Assembly: GCA_026134025.1 (NCBI GenBank)
Contig: JAOQII010000001.1
Location: 12,451 to 76,450 of the forward strand
Reading direction: 5' to 3'
DNA length: 64,000 nt
Source of the DNA: Candidatus Syntropharchaeum sp.
Lineage (GTDB): Archaea > Halobacteriota > Syntropharchaeia > Syntropharchaeales > Syntropharchaeaceae
Below are positions 12,500 through 22,406 of this stretch, one piece after another; positions within the stretch are counted from its first letter, which is position 1, and each line of letters starts with the position of its first letter. The position numbers and the translations under genes were made by a program. Under the pieces are notes generated by a model. It was not told where the DNA came from, did no database searches, and saw nothing but the letters and a program-made list of their open reading frames with translations.

Positions 12500-12783
12500 A
12501 CATCCCTTATTGAACCTGTAGTCGACTCAGCACTCAGATCATCGAGCTTGAAGTATCTTGCCCTGAACGCGTCTGCGAGCTCCTTTCCTGTGCCAGGATC
12601 GAGTAGCCCATCGCTTGTATCGATCAGAACTGTTGCGATCTTATCGTCCCCAATTGAGGTGGCAAGTTCCTTCACTTCCTCGATCGGATTTTTAGAAGAT
12701 ATATCCACGTTCGCCCTCCCATCAGAGATCAGTACAATGAGAGATGATATTGTTTCTGCGATTGTTACGGAAGATGGGGTTAT
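12490..12783 (-). pseudogene. C-terminal remnant of a chelatase subunit D-type VWA domain
   Basis: Frame reads LIVLISDGRANVDIS...VLIDT...GKELADAFRARYFKLDDL; truncated upstream by in-frame TAA at 12786-12784, with no MIDAS or AAA part. Confidence 0.7.
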
Positions 12784-12807
12784 TTATCCAGAATCTTTTC
12801 CAAAGGG

Positions 12808-13662
12808 TCAAATCCCCAAAACCTTCCTTGCATTCTTCTCAAGGATCAGTTCCTTAACCTCATCGCTGAACCCAAGTTCGTCGAAGCTTTGAAGCCATCT
12901 TGCAGGATCGATGAAGGGATAGTCTGTACCAAAGAGACATTTCTCCTTTAGAAGCCCTCCTGCATACCTGATCAAGACCTCTGGAAAGTACTTCGGAAGC
13001 CAGCCCGAGAGATCGAGGTAGACATTCGCCTTATGCATACAGATCGCGATCGACTCGTCCTGCCAGGGCCACGATGGGTGAAGCCCGATTATCGTGAGTT
13101 CAGGAAAATCTGCTGCAACATCATCGATGTAGATCGGTCTTGCATACTTCAGCTTCACCCCATCACCGCCAGGTGCACCGGATCCTGCCCCGGTCATCCC
13201 GAGATGGAACTGAACAGGGATCTCAAGTTCAACACATTTCTCATAGATCGGATAGAAACGCCTATCATTCGGGAAGAATGCCTGCATCGCCTGCTGAAAC
13301 TTAACACCACGGAGTCCAAGATCCCTTACTGCGACCTCAAGGTCTTTGAGCGCGACCCTGCCTTTCCACGGATCAACCGATGCGAAACCGATGAAACGAT
13401 CTGGAAATCTATCAACCATGCCTGCGATATATTCATTCGAGGTCTTTGGAAGCCCTGTTGCGGTCTCTGCATCCCATGCAACAAGAACCGCCTTTGCGAT
13501 TCCCGCCCGATCATACTCCTCGATCATATCCTCGATCGTCTTTGGCTTGTTTGAGATCCCGAAGTATTCAGCAGCGTGTCGCATGTACCTGCCACCGCTT
13601 ATCGTGGAGAACTCCTCGGTCGGTGGATGTGCATGGATATCTATAAGCTTTATCAGCGACAT
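12808..13662 (-). CDS. Amidohydrolase_2 family metallohydrolase (resembles beta-ketoacyl-CoA hydrolases)
   Basis: IDIHAH, GFASVDP, FHLG, HPSWPWQDE, YLDLSGW.PKYF, LFGTDYP. Confidence 0.85.
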   Translation of the reverse strand: MSLIKLIDIHAHPPTEEFSTISGGRYMRHAAEYFGISNKPKTIEDMIEEYDRAGIAKAVLVAWDAETATGLPKTSNEYIAGMVDRFPDRFIGFASVDPWKGRVALKDLEVAVRDLGLRGVKFQQAMQAFFPNDRRFYPIYEKCVELEIPVQFHLGMTGAGSGAPGGDGVKLKYARPIYIDDVAADFPELTIIGLHPSWPWQDESIAICMHKANVYLDLSGWLPKYFPEVLIRYAGGLLKEKCLFGTDYPFIDPARWLQSFDELGFSDEVKELILEKNARKVLGI

Positions 13663-14810
13663 ACATCTCCAAGGATTGCCCTGCTTATTATAACCTTCTC
13701 AACCTCTTTCGTGCCCTCGTATATCTCGATGACCTTTGCCGCGCGGTAGAATCGCTCAACGTCATACTCGTTTATGTACCCATACCCACCATGCATCTGG
13801 ACAGCTTCATCAACGACTTCAACGCCCACCCGTGCCGCATTCCACTTTGCCATCGCTACAAGCTTTGGATCGATCCGGTTCTCATCTATGGATAACGCTG
13901 CCCGGTACAGGAGCGTTCTTGCAGCCTCTATCTTTGTTGCCATCTCTGCTACTTTAAACTGGTTTACCTGGAATGCCGCAACAGGCTTCCCGAATATCTC
14001 ACGTTTTTTAATATGATCGATCGTTTTCTCAAAAGCACCCTGTGCAAGCCCAAGCCCCTGCGCTGCGATCTCAAGACGACTCCGATCAAAGAAATACATG
14101 ATATTTTTGAAACCCTCTCCACGCTCGCCGATCAAGTTCTCTTTTGGAACTCTCAGATCGCTGAAAGTCAGATCCGCAGTATCAGATGCCCTTATGCCCA
14201 TCTTGCCCTCACACCGCTCTGCCTCAAACCCGGGTCGGTCTGTCTCAACGATGAAGGTACTGTGGCGTCTGTGTATGCTCGTTGCATCAGGGTCTGTCAC
14301 ACACATTACAAGCAGATAATCTGCAACAGATCCGTTCGTGATGAAGGTCTTTGATCCGTTTATTATCCATTCATCACCATCAAGCACTGCCTTTGTGCTC
14401 ACGGCACCTGCAACGTCACTTCCTGCATCAGGATCTGTTATCGCGATCCCTGCTATCTTCTCGCCTGAACATAGTGGTGGGATATACTTCTGCTTCTGCT
14501 CTTCTGACCCAACGGCAAGCAGCGTTGTGCACCCAAACGTCGTCGAGAATAGAGAGAGTGCAATCCCCGGATCAACCCTCGAAAACTCCTCAGCAACGAT
14601 TACATCATCGAGAAAACCAAGTCCAGCGCCTCCATATTCCTCAGGTATGTAGATGCCTATAAACCCAAGCTGTGCTGCTTTCTTAATAATATCCCTTGGG
14701 TAGATCTCATCACGATCGTATTCCTTTGCTACATCCGCGATCTCACCCTCTGCAAACTCCCGCGCAGCCTTTCTAATGTCCTTCTGTTCTTCCGTAAGCT
14801 CGAAGTTCAT
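13653..14810 (-). CDS. Acyl-CoA dehydrogenase
   Basis: IPEEYGGAG, ITDPDAGSD, INGSKTFITNG, KMGIRAS, QMHGGYGY, IYEGT. Confidence 0.95.
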   Translation of the reverse strand: MNFELTEEQKDIRKAAREFAEGEIADVAKEYDRDEIYPRDIIKKAAQLGFIGIYIPEEYGGAGLGFLDDVIVAEEFSRVDPGIALSLFSTTFGCTTLLAVGSEEQKQKYIPPLCSGEKIAGIAITDPDAGSDVAGAVSTKAVLDGDEWIINGSKTFITNGSVADYLLVMCVTDPDATSIHRRHSTFIVETDRPGFEAERCEGKMGIRASDTADLTFSDLRVPKENLIGERGEGFKNIMYFFDRSRLEIAAQGLGLAQGAFEKTIDHIKKREIFGKPVAAFQVNQFKVAEMATKIEAARTLLYRAALSIDENRIDPKLVAMAKWNAARVGVEVVDEAVQMHGGYGYINEYDVERFYRAAKVIEIYEGTKEVEKVIISRAILGDVCR

Positions 14811-14910
14811 CCTCGATTCACCGTCCCGATCTCACATTTTCCGCCCATTCTTAAATATTTTTTGAATAAATACTATAATTATAATATATAATCACACTAT
14901 TTATCCAGAG

Positions 14911-16305
14911 CTACATATCAGCAAACTCCCCTTCAAGCATCTTTATCGCAAAGTCGATTCCGAGTTTGTACCGATCTTCCATTCGCGCTCTCGCCTCACG
15001 AAGGCTTTCTATCGCCCTCCTATCCCCGAAATACCCAAGCCCCAGCCCTGCAGCACCAGCAATCTCCATATTTTCTGAACTCAGAAGCTCAAGAAGGGTA
15101 TTATACGCAGCCTCAACGCCTTTCATCTCCGTTAGACAGTTTATCGCAGCAAACCTGTTTCTCGCGTTCTCAGATCCTGCATTCATAATCTCAGCTTTAA
15201 GATGTGGGACCATCTCCTCGCCTGATTCAATAATTCTCTCTGCAAAAGCACCAACGATTTTATCATCAAAGAGTTTCAATCCATCGACCATCGCCTTCTT
15301 TGCCAGATCACCTTCAATCTTTGATAGAATCTCTGGAGCACTTTCTGAGATGGGATCGCCCCTTAAAATAGCCGTTCTGAGATACAAAACCGCATCTTCG
15401 CCGAGCTCAACGATCTCTTCGATCTCACCACCTTCAACAACAGCACAAGCTTCTGAATCTGGATCGAACTTGCCAGATTCAAGCTCTTTGATCTCGTTTA
15501 CACGCCATCGCAGATTATCGAAACTATCCTGGCTGACAAATCGATTCCATGGTTGTCTCTCATCTCCATTGTAATCCACCGCGAGTTTTATTCCTTCTTC
15601 TGCAATTTCTAAAGCTTTATCATATTCTGAATCTTTTATCAAGCCCTCGATGAACTTTACACGACTTAAAAGATCTTCTGGATAGTGTGATACAATATGA
15701 TCTCCGATCGCAATAAGCTCATCGATCCTGTTATCCTTATCAAAGAGTGCCATTAGATTGATAAGGGCTGTATAATCGAGGGGATTTACCTCCAGAACTT
15801 CATTAAACTCCTTTTCAGGATCGTTTACTGGAATGTATCCAGTTTTAAGATAATTTTCAAGCGTATCAATGACTTCTTCTCCGCTTGATTCTTCAAGAAT
15901 TGAGATAGCACGATTCATATCTGCTATCTCTCGTTTTATAAGGTAATAGTCCCTGCTCCTCTCTTCAAGATGGCTACAGATATCTTCCCCACGCGCTGTC
16001 AGATCTTCAAGCCTCTTTTTGAGTGTCTCAACCCAGATCGGATCATCCACCCCTCCCAGGTTCTTGATCCTCGAACCTGCTTCGATCTCATCAAGGGTAT
16101 CGATAATCTCACGAGATATCACTTCCCATGCTCCATTCTCCATCGTTCCAATGTCGATCGGCTTAAAATCCTTAATTAACTCAATTATTTTAAACATTCG
16201 CGCTGCAAAGACCTTTTGCGAGTCATTCCCACGTTTTCGAAGCAGCCTAAGCCCCCTCTTAACCTCTTTCTTCAACTTCTTCACTGCCATTGGATCACGT
16301 TCCAC
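14911..16305 (-). CDS. Acidic helical-repeat protein (TPR-like middle, HEAT/PBS-lyase-like C-terminus)
   Basis: LEVNPLDYTA, YDKALEIAEEGI (TPR-like); AAGLGLGYFGDRRAIESL (HEAT/PBS-like). Confidence 0.6.
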   Translation of the reverse strand: MERDPMAVKKLKKEVKRGLRLLRKRGNDSQKVFAARMFKIIELIKDFKPIDIGTMENGAWEVISREIIDTLDEIEAGSRIKNLGGVDDPIWVETLKKRLEDLTARGEDICSHLEERSRDYYLIKREIADMNRAISILEESSGEEVIDTLENYLKTGYIPVNDPEKEFNEVLEVNPLDYTALINLMALFDKDNRIDELIAIGDHIVSHYPEDLLSRVKFIEGLIKDSEYDKALEIAEEGIKLAVDYNGDERQPWNRFVSQDSFDNLRWRVNEIKELESGKFDPDSEACAVVEGGEIEEIVELGEDAVLYLRTAILRGDPISESAPEILSKIEGDLAKKAMVDGLKLFDDKIVGAFAERIIESGEEMVPHLKAEIMNAGSENARNRFAAINCLTEMKGVEAAYNTLLELLSSENMEIAGAAGLGLGYFGDRRAIESLREARARMEDRYKLGIDFAIKMLEGEFADM

Positions 16306-16408
16306 GAGATGTAATTCCTAATACTAAAAAATATTTTCCTGAATATTGAAGGAGTGATGATGACCAGATCACACTCTCAGGGAGAGATTAAAAATATAAA
16401 AAAGTGAC

Positions 16409-16594
16409 TTAAGTTCTTTTTGCGCCGACAATACTGTTTTTTTTCCGCTGTATCTTCCTTCTAACTGCACCTTTTGCATTATAACGCTGGCAGGGTCCAG
16501 GTTTCTTATATTTGGACTCACCTTCAGGGACAAGTCGTATCTTTCCTTTCCTGTTTTTTATCTGAATCCAGTGGATGCTACCTGTCTTTCCCAT
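16409..16594 (-). CDS. Small basic protein, DUF5350-like
   Basis: MGKTGS..W..IK.RKG.IRLVP...KPGP.QRY; GGTGTGA SD; follows pfdB. Confidence 0.7.
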   Translation of the reverse strand: MGKTGSIHWIQIKNRKGKIRLVPEGESKYKKPGPCQRYNAKGAVRRKIQRKKNSIVGAKRT

Positions 16595-16618
16595 CGATCA
16601 CACCTGCACTTTTACAAT

Positions 16619-16984
16619 TCAAACCGCACCCATGCCCTGAACACCGCCAAGAGCCTGTTTAACCTGCTCCTGAAGCTGCTGGAAGCGTTTCTGGATACGT
16701 TCATCCTGCCGCTCAATCGTTTTCAACCTGAGATCAAACGTCTCCTTTTTCTCAACAAGATCTGAATGTACGCTTGCTTTATCCGATTTTATAAGAATTT
16801 CACCGACATTTCGATAGATTACACTATCATCCCCAACTTTCTCAAGTTCTTCAAGTGCACCATCTATCTCCTTTAACATCATCGTGATCTGAGACTTCTG
16901 CATGGCAAGCGACTGTGCCTGCTGCTGTAGTTGCTGTAATTGTGCAATCTGATTCTGAAGCTGGGGGGATATCTCCTGACTCAT
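16619..16984 (-). CDS. pfdB: Prefoldin beta subunit
   Basis: ISPQLQNQIAQLQQLQQQ...IYRNVGEILIK, coiled-coil hairpin. Confidence 0.95.
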   Translation of the reverse strand: MSQEISPQLQNQIAQLQQLQQQAQSLAMQKSQITMMLKEIDGALEELEKVGDDSVIYRNVGEILIKSDKASVHSDLVEKKETFDLRLKTIERQDERIQKRFQQLQEQVKQALGGVQGMGAV

Positions 16985-17230
16985 TTAAATCTCACACTCC
17001 AATAGATCTATCATCTCTTCTGCAATCTTGACGAGCCTTAGCCATGTATTTATCGATGCCCTTGCACTCACAAGGTCTTCTGCATCGATTACAAGCTTCA
17101 AGCCTGGATCGACTTTGACCAATGTAATACTTGAACGTTCTGATGGGGCAGTCACACACTCAGGACGTATCGCCTCGTAGATGGCTACCGCATCCGGGTA
17201 TGGTATCTCACATTCAATCACTGTTCTCAT
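16985..17230 (-). CDS. pcc1: KEOPS complex subunit Pcc1
   Basis: [33 protein letters not shown]; start adjusted to ATG 17230, overlapping the rpoP stop. Confidence 0.88.
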   Translation of the reverse strand: MRTVIECEIPYPDAVAIYEAIRPECVTAPSERSSITLVKVDPGLKLVIDAEDLVSARASINTWLRLVKIAEEMIDLLECEI

Positions 17231-17364
17231 TCTGCTTTTACCGTCTTGACCATTGTGGGACGCTGTTTTATGAGGATGCGATGACCACAATAGTTGCACC
17301 TTATCCCAGGCGACCCGTAATCGATCTCAACGAGATATTTACACTTTGCACAATAATATCCCAT
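17227..17364 (-). CDS. rpoP: RNA polymerase subunit P (Rpo12); absent from ORF track
   Basis: Manual translation [45 protein letters not shown]; C4 Zn ribbon; canonical rpoP-pcc1-pfdB order. Confidence 0.93.
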   Translation of the reverse strand: MGYYCAKCKYLVEIDYGSPGIRCNYCGHRILIKQRPTMVKTVKAE

Positions 17365-17436
17365 ACTCACACCCTGTTGGTTCAACCTAATTATTGCCCA
17401 TCCATTTTATAAACCTTGCTGTGCCACACTTCTCTG

Positions 17437-17997
17437 ATGTCAGATAAAATACGAGCCTTCATTGCGGTGGATATGCCCATCGAGATACAGACCGCGATCA
17501 GAGACCTCCAGCAGGGATTGAATATCAGTGGGGTTAAGCCCGTCAACCCATCCCTCATCCACGTAACGCTCAAGTTTCTCGGCGAGACACCCCAAAAAAA
17601 GATAGAAAAAGTTTGCAGAGTGCTTGATTCAATTGACGTGCCGCGTTTTGAGGTGCATGTGAAAGGTGTGGGCGTCTTTCCAAAACTGAAGAACCCGCGC
17701 GTTGTCTGGGTCGGGCTTGAGGATGATTCGAACCTCCAGCAAATTGTGGGTATGCTTGAGGAAGACCTATCAAAGCTCGGATTTGAGCGTGAAAGAAAGA
17801 AGTTCTCCTCACATCTGACCATAGCAAGAGTCAAGCGGGCAGGAAAAGAGGAACAGTTGATGGTAGCAGATTTTGTGAGAAATAACAGTGACTTTAACGC
17901 TGGAACAGTTCTCATAAACGAAGTCAAGCTTAAAAAGAGCGTTCTAACCCCACAGGGACCGATATACTCGGACATCCATACAAAAGAACTTAAATGA
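17437..17997 (+). CDS. thpR: RNA 2',3'-cyclic phosphodiesterase (2H family)
   Basis: RAFIAV, HVTLKFLGE, PRVVWVG, HLTIARVK, GPIY. Confidence 0.93.
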   Translation: MSDKIRAFIAVDMPIEIQTAIRDLQQGLNISGVKPVNPSLIHVTLKFLGETPQKKIEKVCRVLDSIDVPRFEVHVKGVGVFPKLKNPRVVWVGLEDDSNLQQIVGMLEEDLSKLGFERERKKFSSHLTIARVKRAGKEEQLMVADFVRNNSDFNAGTVLINEVKLKKSVLTPQGPIYSDIHTKELK

Positions 17998-20290
17998 GCG
18001 ACCTTGACCATGCTCTGGCAATATCCTCATTTGAGAGCTCAAGAATATCCTTTCCATCAGACGTTATCACGAGCTTCGAACCTCCAACCTCTCCGATCAC
18101 TTTTGCTTCTGTTTCTGAGATGAACTTATCAAGGTATTTGCGCTCAACCTCAAGAACCCATCTTGAGTTTGACTCTGAGAATAAGAGATAATCGGGGCGC
18201 ATTGAACCCATAACTCCAATATCAACCCTTGCACCGATCATAGAACCGATCACCATCTCGGATAGCGAAACCCCAAGTCCACCTTCTGATAGATCGTGGC
18301 AGGATACGATCGCACCGGATGCAATTCCATTGAGTATCTGATCCATCAGTGATCTAAGATGAGTGGGATCTGTTTCTGGAACGAGTCCACCGTCAACACC
18401 ACGCATCCTTAGGTATGCAGAACCTCCAAGCTCAGATCTGGTCTCGCCAAGAATACAGAGTGCATTTCCCTCTCTTTTAAGATCTGAGGTTATAACAGAG
18501 CGTACGTCATCGATCAGACCCACACCAAGTATCACAGGCGTTGGAGGTATTGGGCCCCGGGGTGTCTCATTGTAGAAGCTCACATTTCCCGATACAAACG
18601 GCACCCCAAGTCCTTTTGCCATGAATCCAAGTCCTCTACATGCTTCTCTAAAAGTGCCCATCCGATCTGGTTTTTCAGGATTTCCAAAGTTAAGGCAATC
18701 TGCAAATGAGTGTATACGTCCGCCGACCGCTGTGATATTTCTACAAACCTCATCGATCGCAGAAGCAGCGCCCCAGAATGGATCAAGCTTTGTGAGTGCA
18801 GGATTTACATCAGATGCAATCACAAGTCCCCTGAATGAGTCTTCGACCGGTTTTATCACCGCTGCATCCTGATGTGTCTCATATCCCAATCTACCCTCGA
18901 TCGGTTTGAGGATCGTGGCACCTCGCACCTCGTGGTCATACATGTGGATTATCGAGGCACGACTACAGATATTTGCTGAGGATAAAAGTCCGAGAAGTGT
19001 CTCTCCATAATCATCGGGTTCATCGAGCAGAAGCTCTGCGCCAGATGCGGTTGTGTGCCCCTCAATAACGGCACATTCACGCTCATAAACAGGGGGCGTC
19101 GTTAGAAGATCGAGATCCAGATCGAGTATCATCTCGCCGTTATACCAGATTATAAGCTTTCGCTGTGGGATTGCACCACCAACAAGCGTTGCCTCAAGGT
19201 CCCACTTATCAAATATCTCAAATACTTTCTCCACGTTGGAGGGAGGAACTGCGAGCATGAATCGTTCCTGTGATTCTGAGACCCAGATTTCCCATGGCGA
19301 AAGCCCCTCTTCTTTAAGCGGCACATGATCAAGTACAATCTGTGCACCACATCCACCTGAATTTGCCATCTCGGTCACAACACAGGATAAACCCCCACCA
19401 CCGAGATCCTTCATACCATGCAACAGTCCCAGCTCGTTTACCTCAAGGCATGCGTGAATCAGTGGTTCTTTTGTGATTGGATCGCCAAGTTGAACCGATC
19501 CTATCGACGTCTCCTCAGAACTCGAATCAAGTTCACAAGATGCAAATGTCACACCGTGAATCCCATCTCGACCGGTCCTGCCACCAACAAGTATCAATGC
19601 ATCCCCTGGTTCTTTCACCGCGCTTCTTATGATATTCTCACGTCTCGCGATGCCCACACACCCCACATTGACGAGGCAGTTGCCGATATAACCCTCATCA
19701 AAGTACACCATTCCTGCCACGGTCGGTATTCCAACCCGGTTCCCGTAATCACTGATTCCCGCAACAACCCTTGATAGAAGGTACTTTGGATGTTTGACGC
19801 CAGGTGGAACTCTCTCATAATCAAGATCAAGGGGACCAAAGAAGAGTGGATCGATGAGGGCGACAGGTTGTGCTCCCATACAGACAACATCCCGCAGGAT
19901 TCCACCGATACCTGTTGCAGCTCCACCATAAGGTTCTATCGCAGATGGATGGTTGTGAGATTCAAGAGCAAGGACGTAAGCATGATCTTTATCAAATTCA
20001 ACGACACCTGCATCTTCTGATATGATGAGGATATTCTGGGGAGCTTCAATTCCAAAGATGAACTCTTCAAGTGTCGATCTTGAGCTTTTATAACAGCAAT
20101 GTTCAGACCAGTTCTGGGCGATCGACTGAAGTTCTATATCACGAGGATTTCTATTTCTATCTTTAAAATAAGACTGTATCCGCCGCATCTCATCAAGACT
20201 CAGGGCAAGCCCAAGTTCATCGCTTATCTTCACAAGCTCGTCATCCGATGCTTCATTCAATCTGATCTCTTTTATGTAGTCGGGCATCAC
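17990..20290 (-). CDS. purL: Phosphoribosylformylglycinamidine synthase subunit PurL
   Basis: WSEHCCYKS, ESHNHPSAIEPYGGAATG, SESQERF, LNFGNPE, SGNVSFYNE. Confidence 0.97.
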   Translation of the reverse strand: MMPDYIKEIRLNEASDDELVKISDELGLALSLDEMRRIQSYFKDRNRNPRDIELQSIAQNWSEHCCYKSSRSTLEEFIFGIEAPQNILIISEDAGVVEFDKDHAYVLALESHNHPSAIEPYGGAATGIGGILRDVVCMGAQPVALIDPLFFGPLDLDYERVPPGVKHPKYLLSRVVAGISDYGNRVGIPTVAGMVYFDEGYIGNCLVNVGCVGIARRENIIRSAVKEPGDALILVGGRTGRDGIHGVTFASCELDSSSEETSIGSVQLGDPITKEPLIHACLEVNELGLLHGMKDLGGGGLSCVVTEMANSGGCGAQIVLDHVPLKEEGLSPWEIWVSESQERFMLAVPPSNVEKVFEIFDKWDLEATLVGGAIPQRKLIIWYNGEMILDLDLDLLTTPPVYERECAVIEGHTTASGAELLLDEPDDYGETLLGLLSSANICSRASIIHMYDHEVRGATILKPIEGRLGYETHQDAAVIKPVEDSFRGLVIASDVNPALTKLDPFWGAASAIDEVCRNITAVGGRIHSFADCLNFGNPEKPDRMGTFREACRGLGFMAKGLGVPFVSGNVSFYNETPRGPIPPTPVILGVGLIDDVRSVITSDLKREGNALCILGETRSELGGSAYLRMRGVDGGLVPETDPTHLRSLMDQILNGIASGAIVSCHDLSEGGLGVSLSEMVIGSMIGARVDIGVMGSMRPDYLLFSESNSRWVLEVERKYLDKFISETEAKVIGEVGGSKLVITSDGKDILELSNEDIARAWSRSLI

Positions 20291-20312
20291 ACATCATTAG
20301 ATCTCCACCCTT

Positions 20313-21269
20313 TTAAAGGTGGCGAATCGATCTTGTGAGAATTAAAAGAATGAGAATCGCTCCAAAAATCTCAAAGCCAGGTTGTGCAGGTGTTTGCCCG
20401 CTGCTACCACTCGTTGAGCCAGATGATGATGAACCAGAGCCACTTGTCCCCTCTTCTCTGATTACAACATCTTCAAGTTCGCCGATCCTGATCGTGGTGT
20501 TTCCAGGTTCGTTGCCGAGCGTTTCATCGTTAAGCGTGAAAGTAACCTCTGCTTCTTCGCCATGGTCTAATCTGATGGTGCTGGTAGATTCAACCTCAGT
20601 ACCATCCACCATCAGATAGACCCTCTCATCTTTCCAGTTACCTTTCCCCCCAAGATTGGTAACATTAACCTTGACTGTCACGCTCGATCCAACCGTTGAT
20701 GGGTTTGGATCGATGGTGAGATCGGAATACTGGTAATTGGTTGGTGGGTATAGCGTTGCCCCTTTCTCTGCATATACCGTGATGTAAGGTGTTCTCCCAA
20801 TTACCCTGCCTCCTGCATTGTTATCTTTTGCTGTAATCCTGAATCTGTATTCTCCCTGAAGATCTTCATCTGATGATATACCAAATGAGATGGTCGCGTA
20901 TGTTCGCTTTGTCTGTGATTTATCATCGTTTGTCATGTAACTTGATGATGCGCTCGCTGTGAAGCTCTGTCCAGGAGGGTCGGGTGGTTTTGTACCGACG
21001 AGTTCAAAGCTTATTGATGGTTTGTATTCATCCGTATTCAGATCTCTCGAGGTGGTTCCGCTTGCCTCTACATAGATCTTCACCGTGGATCCAAGCGGAA
21101 AGTGATCGTTGTAATGTGCTGAGTAGTTTTTATAGCCATAGACATCTGTGCAGACAACCGCAACAACTCCACCGTCTCCAACTATTCTATCTGATGCCGC
21201 GGCAGGTATCTGTGCCATCAGCAGGAGGATACCCAGACCGAAGATAATTGTATGATATTTTGTGACCAT
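20313..21269 (-). CDS. Surface protein: signal peptide, Ig/CARDB-like domains, Ser/Gly linker, PGF-CTERM anchor
   Basis: N-terminal hydrophobic signal; VTVKVNVTNLGG (CARDB-like); C-terminal QPGF + hydrophobic helix + basic tail. Confidence 0.8.
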   Translation of the reverse strand: MVTKYHTIIFGLGILLLMAQIPAAASDRIVGDGGVVAVVCTDVYGYKNYSAHYNDHFPLGSTVKIYVEASGTTSRDLNTDEYKPSISFELVGTKPPDPPGQSFTASASSSYMTNDDKSQTKRTYATISFGISSDEDLQGEYRFRITAKDNNAGGRVIGRTPYITVYAEKGATLYPPTNYQYSDLTIDPNPSTVGSSVTVKVNVTNLGGKGNWKDERVYLMVDGTEVESTSTIRLDHGEEAEVTFTLNDETLGNEPGNTTIRIGELEDVVIREEGTSGSGSSSSGSTSGSSGQTPAQPGFEIFGAILILLILTRSIRHL

Positions 21270-21421
21270 GATCTCACCATGTAAATATAAAGTTGCACTT
21301 TACATATAATATATGTTTCTATTTATGAAAATAAAATATCTAAATATTGAGTATTTTATTGATAACATAAATTTGATGATTGCAGTAATAGATATAACCA
21401 ATGAGGAGAAGGTATATATTT

Positions 21422-21731
21422 GCGGGCTAGTCCGGGGTGTTCGACGTGCCCTGTAACTCGAAATCGTCGATATGCGAGGGACGAAGCTCCGGGAAGACGT
21501 TGTTTCTGCCACTTCAGCCTGGATCTCCAACAATGAGATCTCGTCCTGTAGGGCTGGCGGTGAGATGGTGGCTAACCGGAGGGTTTGTCATCACTTTTCG
21601 CCAGGGAGATCGGTCGAGGCCCGGAAGGGAGCAGGCTTACCTTGGACGTTCGGCGCTTACGGGGGTGCGAGATCGAGGCGGAATCCAGTCAAACTGGGTG
21701 GCGGAACAGCGGCGACCTGGGGCGTGCCCGC
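21422..21731 (+). ncRNA. ffs: Archaeal SRP (7S) RNA
   Basis: Pairing ends GCGGGC/GCCCGC, Alu-domain TGTAAC, helix-8 motif GGCCCGGAAGGGAGCAGGC, ~310 nt. Confidence 0.92.
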
Positions 21732-21803
21732 TTTCGTCCATCATAAAAAAAGTCTTAAATAAATCGTGATATAAATATAAGAATGAGATAAATGTGGTAT
21801 GAG

Positions 21804-21888
21804 GTCGGGATAGCCCAGCGGCCTAAGGCGGTGGATTGCTAATCCATTGTCCCATCGGGACACGAGGGTTCGAATCCCTCTCCCGACG
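21804..21888 (+). tRNA. tRNA-Ser(GCT)
   Basis: Acceptor GTCGGGA/TCCCGAC, anticodon loop TTGCTAA, long variable arm, GGTTCGAATCC. Confidence 0.96.
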
Positions 21889-21905
21889 TCGGAGTGTGTA
21901 TAAAT

Positions 21906-22406
21906 ATGGACAGGGAAGTATTAGAAAACCCGGTTGTATATAAGTACTTCAAGAGCCTGATCGGTGATGATGGATTAAAGGTGCTTGAAGTGATACCTGA
22001 TAGCGAGATAACGGATGAAAGGATAACCGAACTCGTTGGTCTTGACCTGAATACAGTGCGAAGAACACTTTATATCCTGTATGAAAGTAGATTGATGAAA
22101 TATCGACGAGAGAAGAGCGAAAACAGCGGCTGGCTCACATATTACTGGCAGATTAAGGTTGACGAACTCGATCGTGTAATAAACGATGAAATCGAGAAAC
22201 TCAAAAAGATTTTAGAGCAGAAACTTGAGTTTGAAGATAGTAATGTCTTTTATTCATGTAAATACCATTCAGTAAGGTTTGTATTTGATGATGCAGCGCA
22301 ATTTGGTTTTAAATGTCCCTACTGTGAAGAGTCGCTTGATTATGAGGATAACAGTTTAGTGATCGATGCGATTAAACGTAAGCTATCTGAATTGGGAAGT
22401 TTTTGA
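21906..22406 (+). CDS. tfe: Transcription factor E alpha
   Basis: TDE...LNTVRRTLYILYE, SGWLTYYW, FKCPYC Zn ribbon. Confidence 0.95.
   Translation: MDREVLENPVVYKYFKSLIGDDGLKVLEVIPDSEITDERITELVGLDLNTVRRTLYILYESRLMKYRREKSENSGWLTYYWQIKVDELDRVINDEIEKLKKILEQKLEFEDSNVFYSCKYHSVRFVFDDAAQFGFKCPYCEESLDYEDNSLVIDAIKRKLSELGSF

Noticed and set aside
21437-21769. Two ORFs of 110 and 96 aa
   Set aside because: They overlap the SRP RNA, which explains the GC-rich sequence
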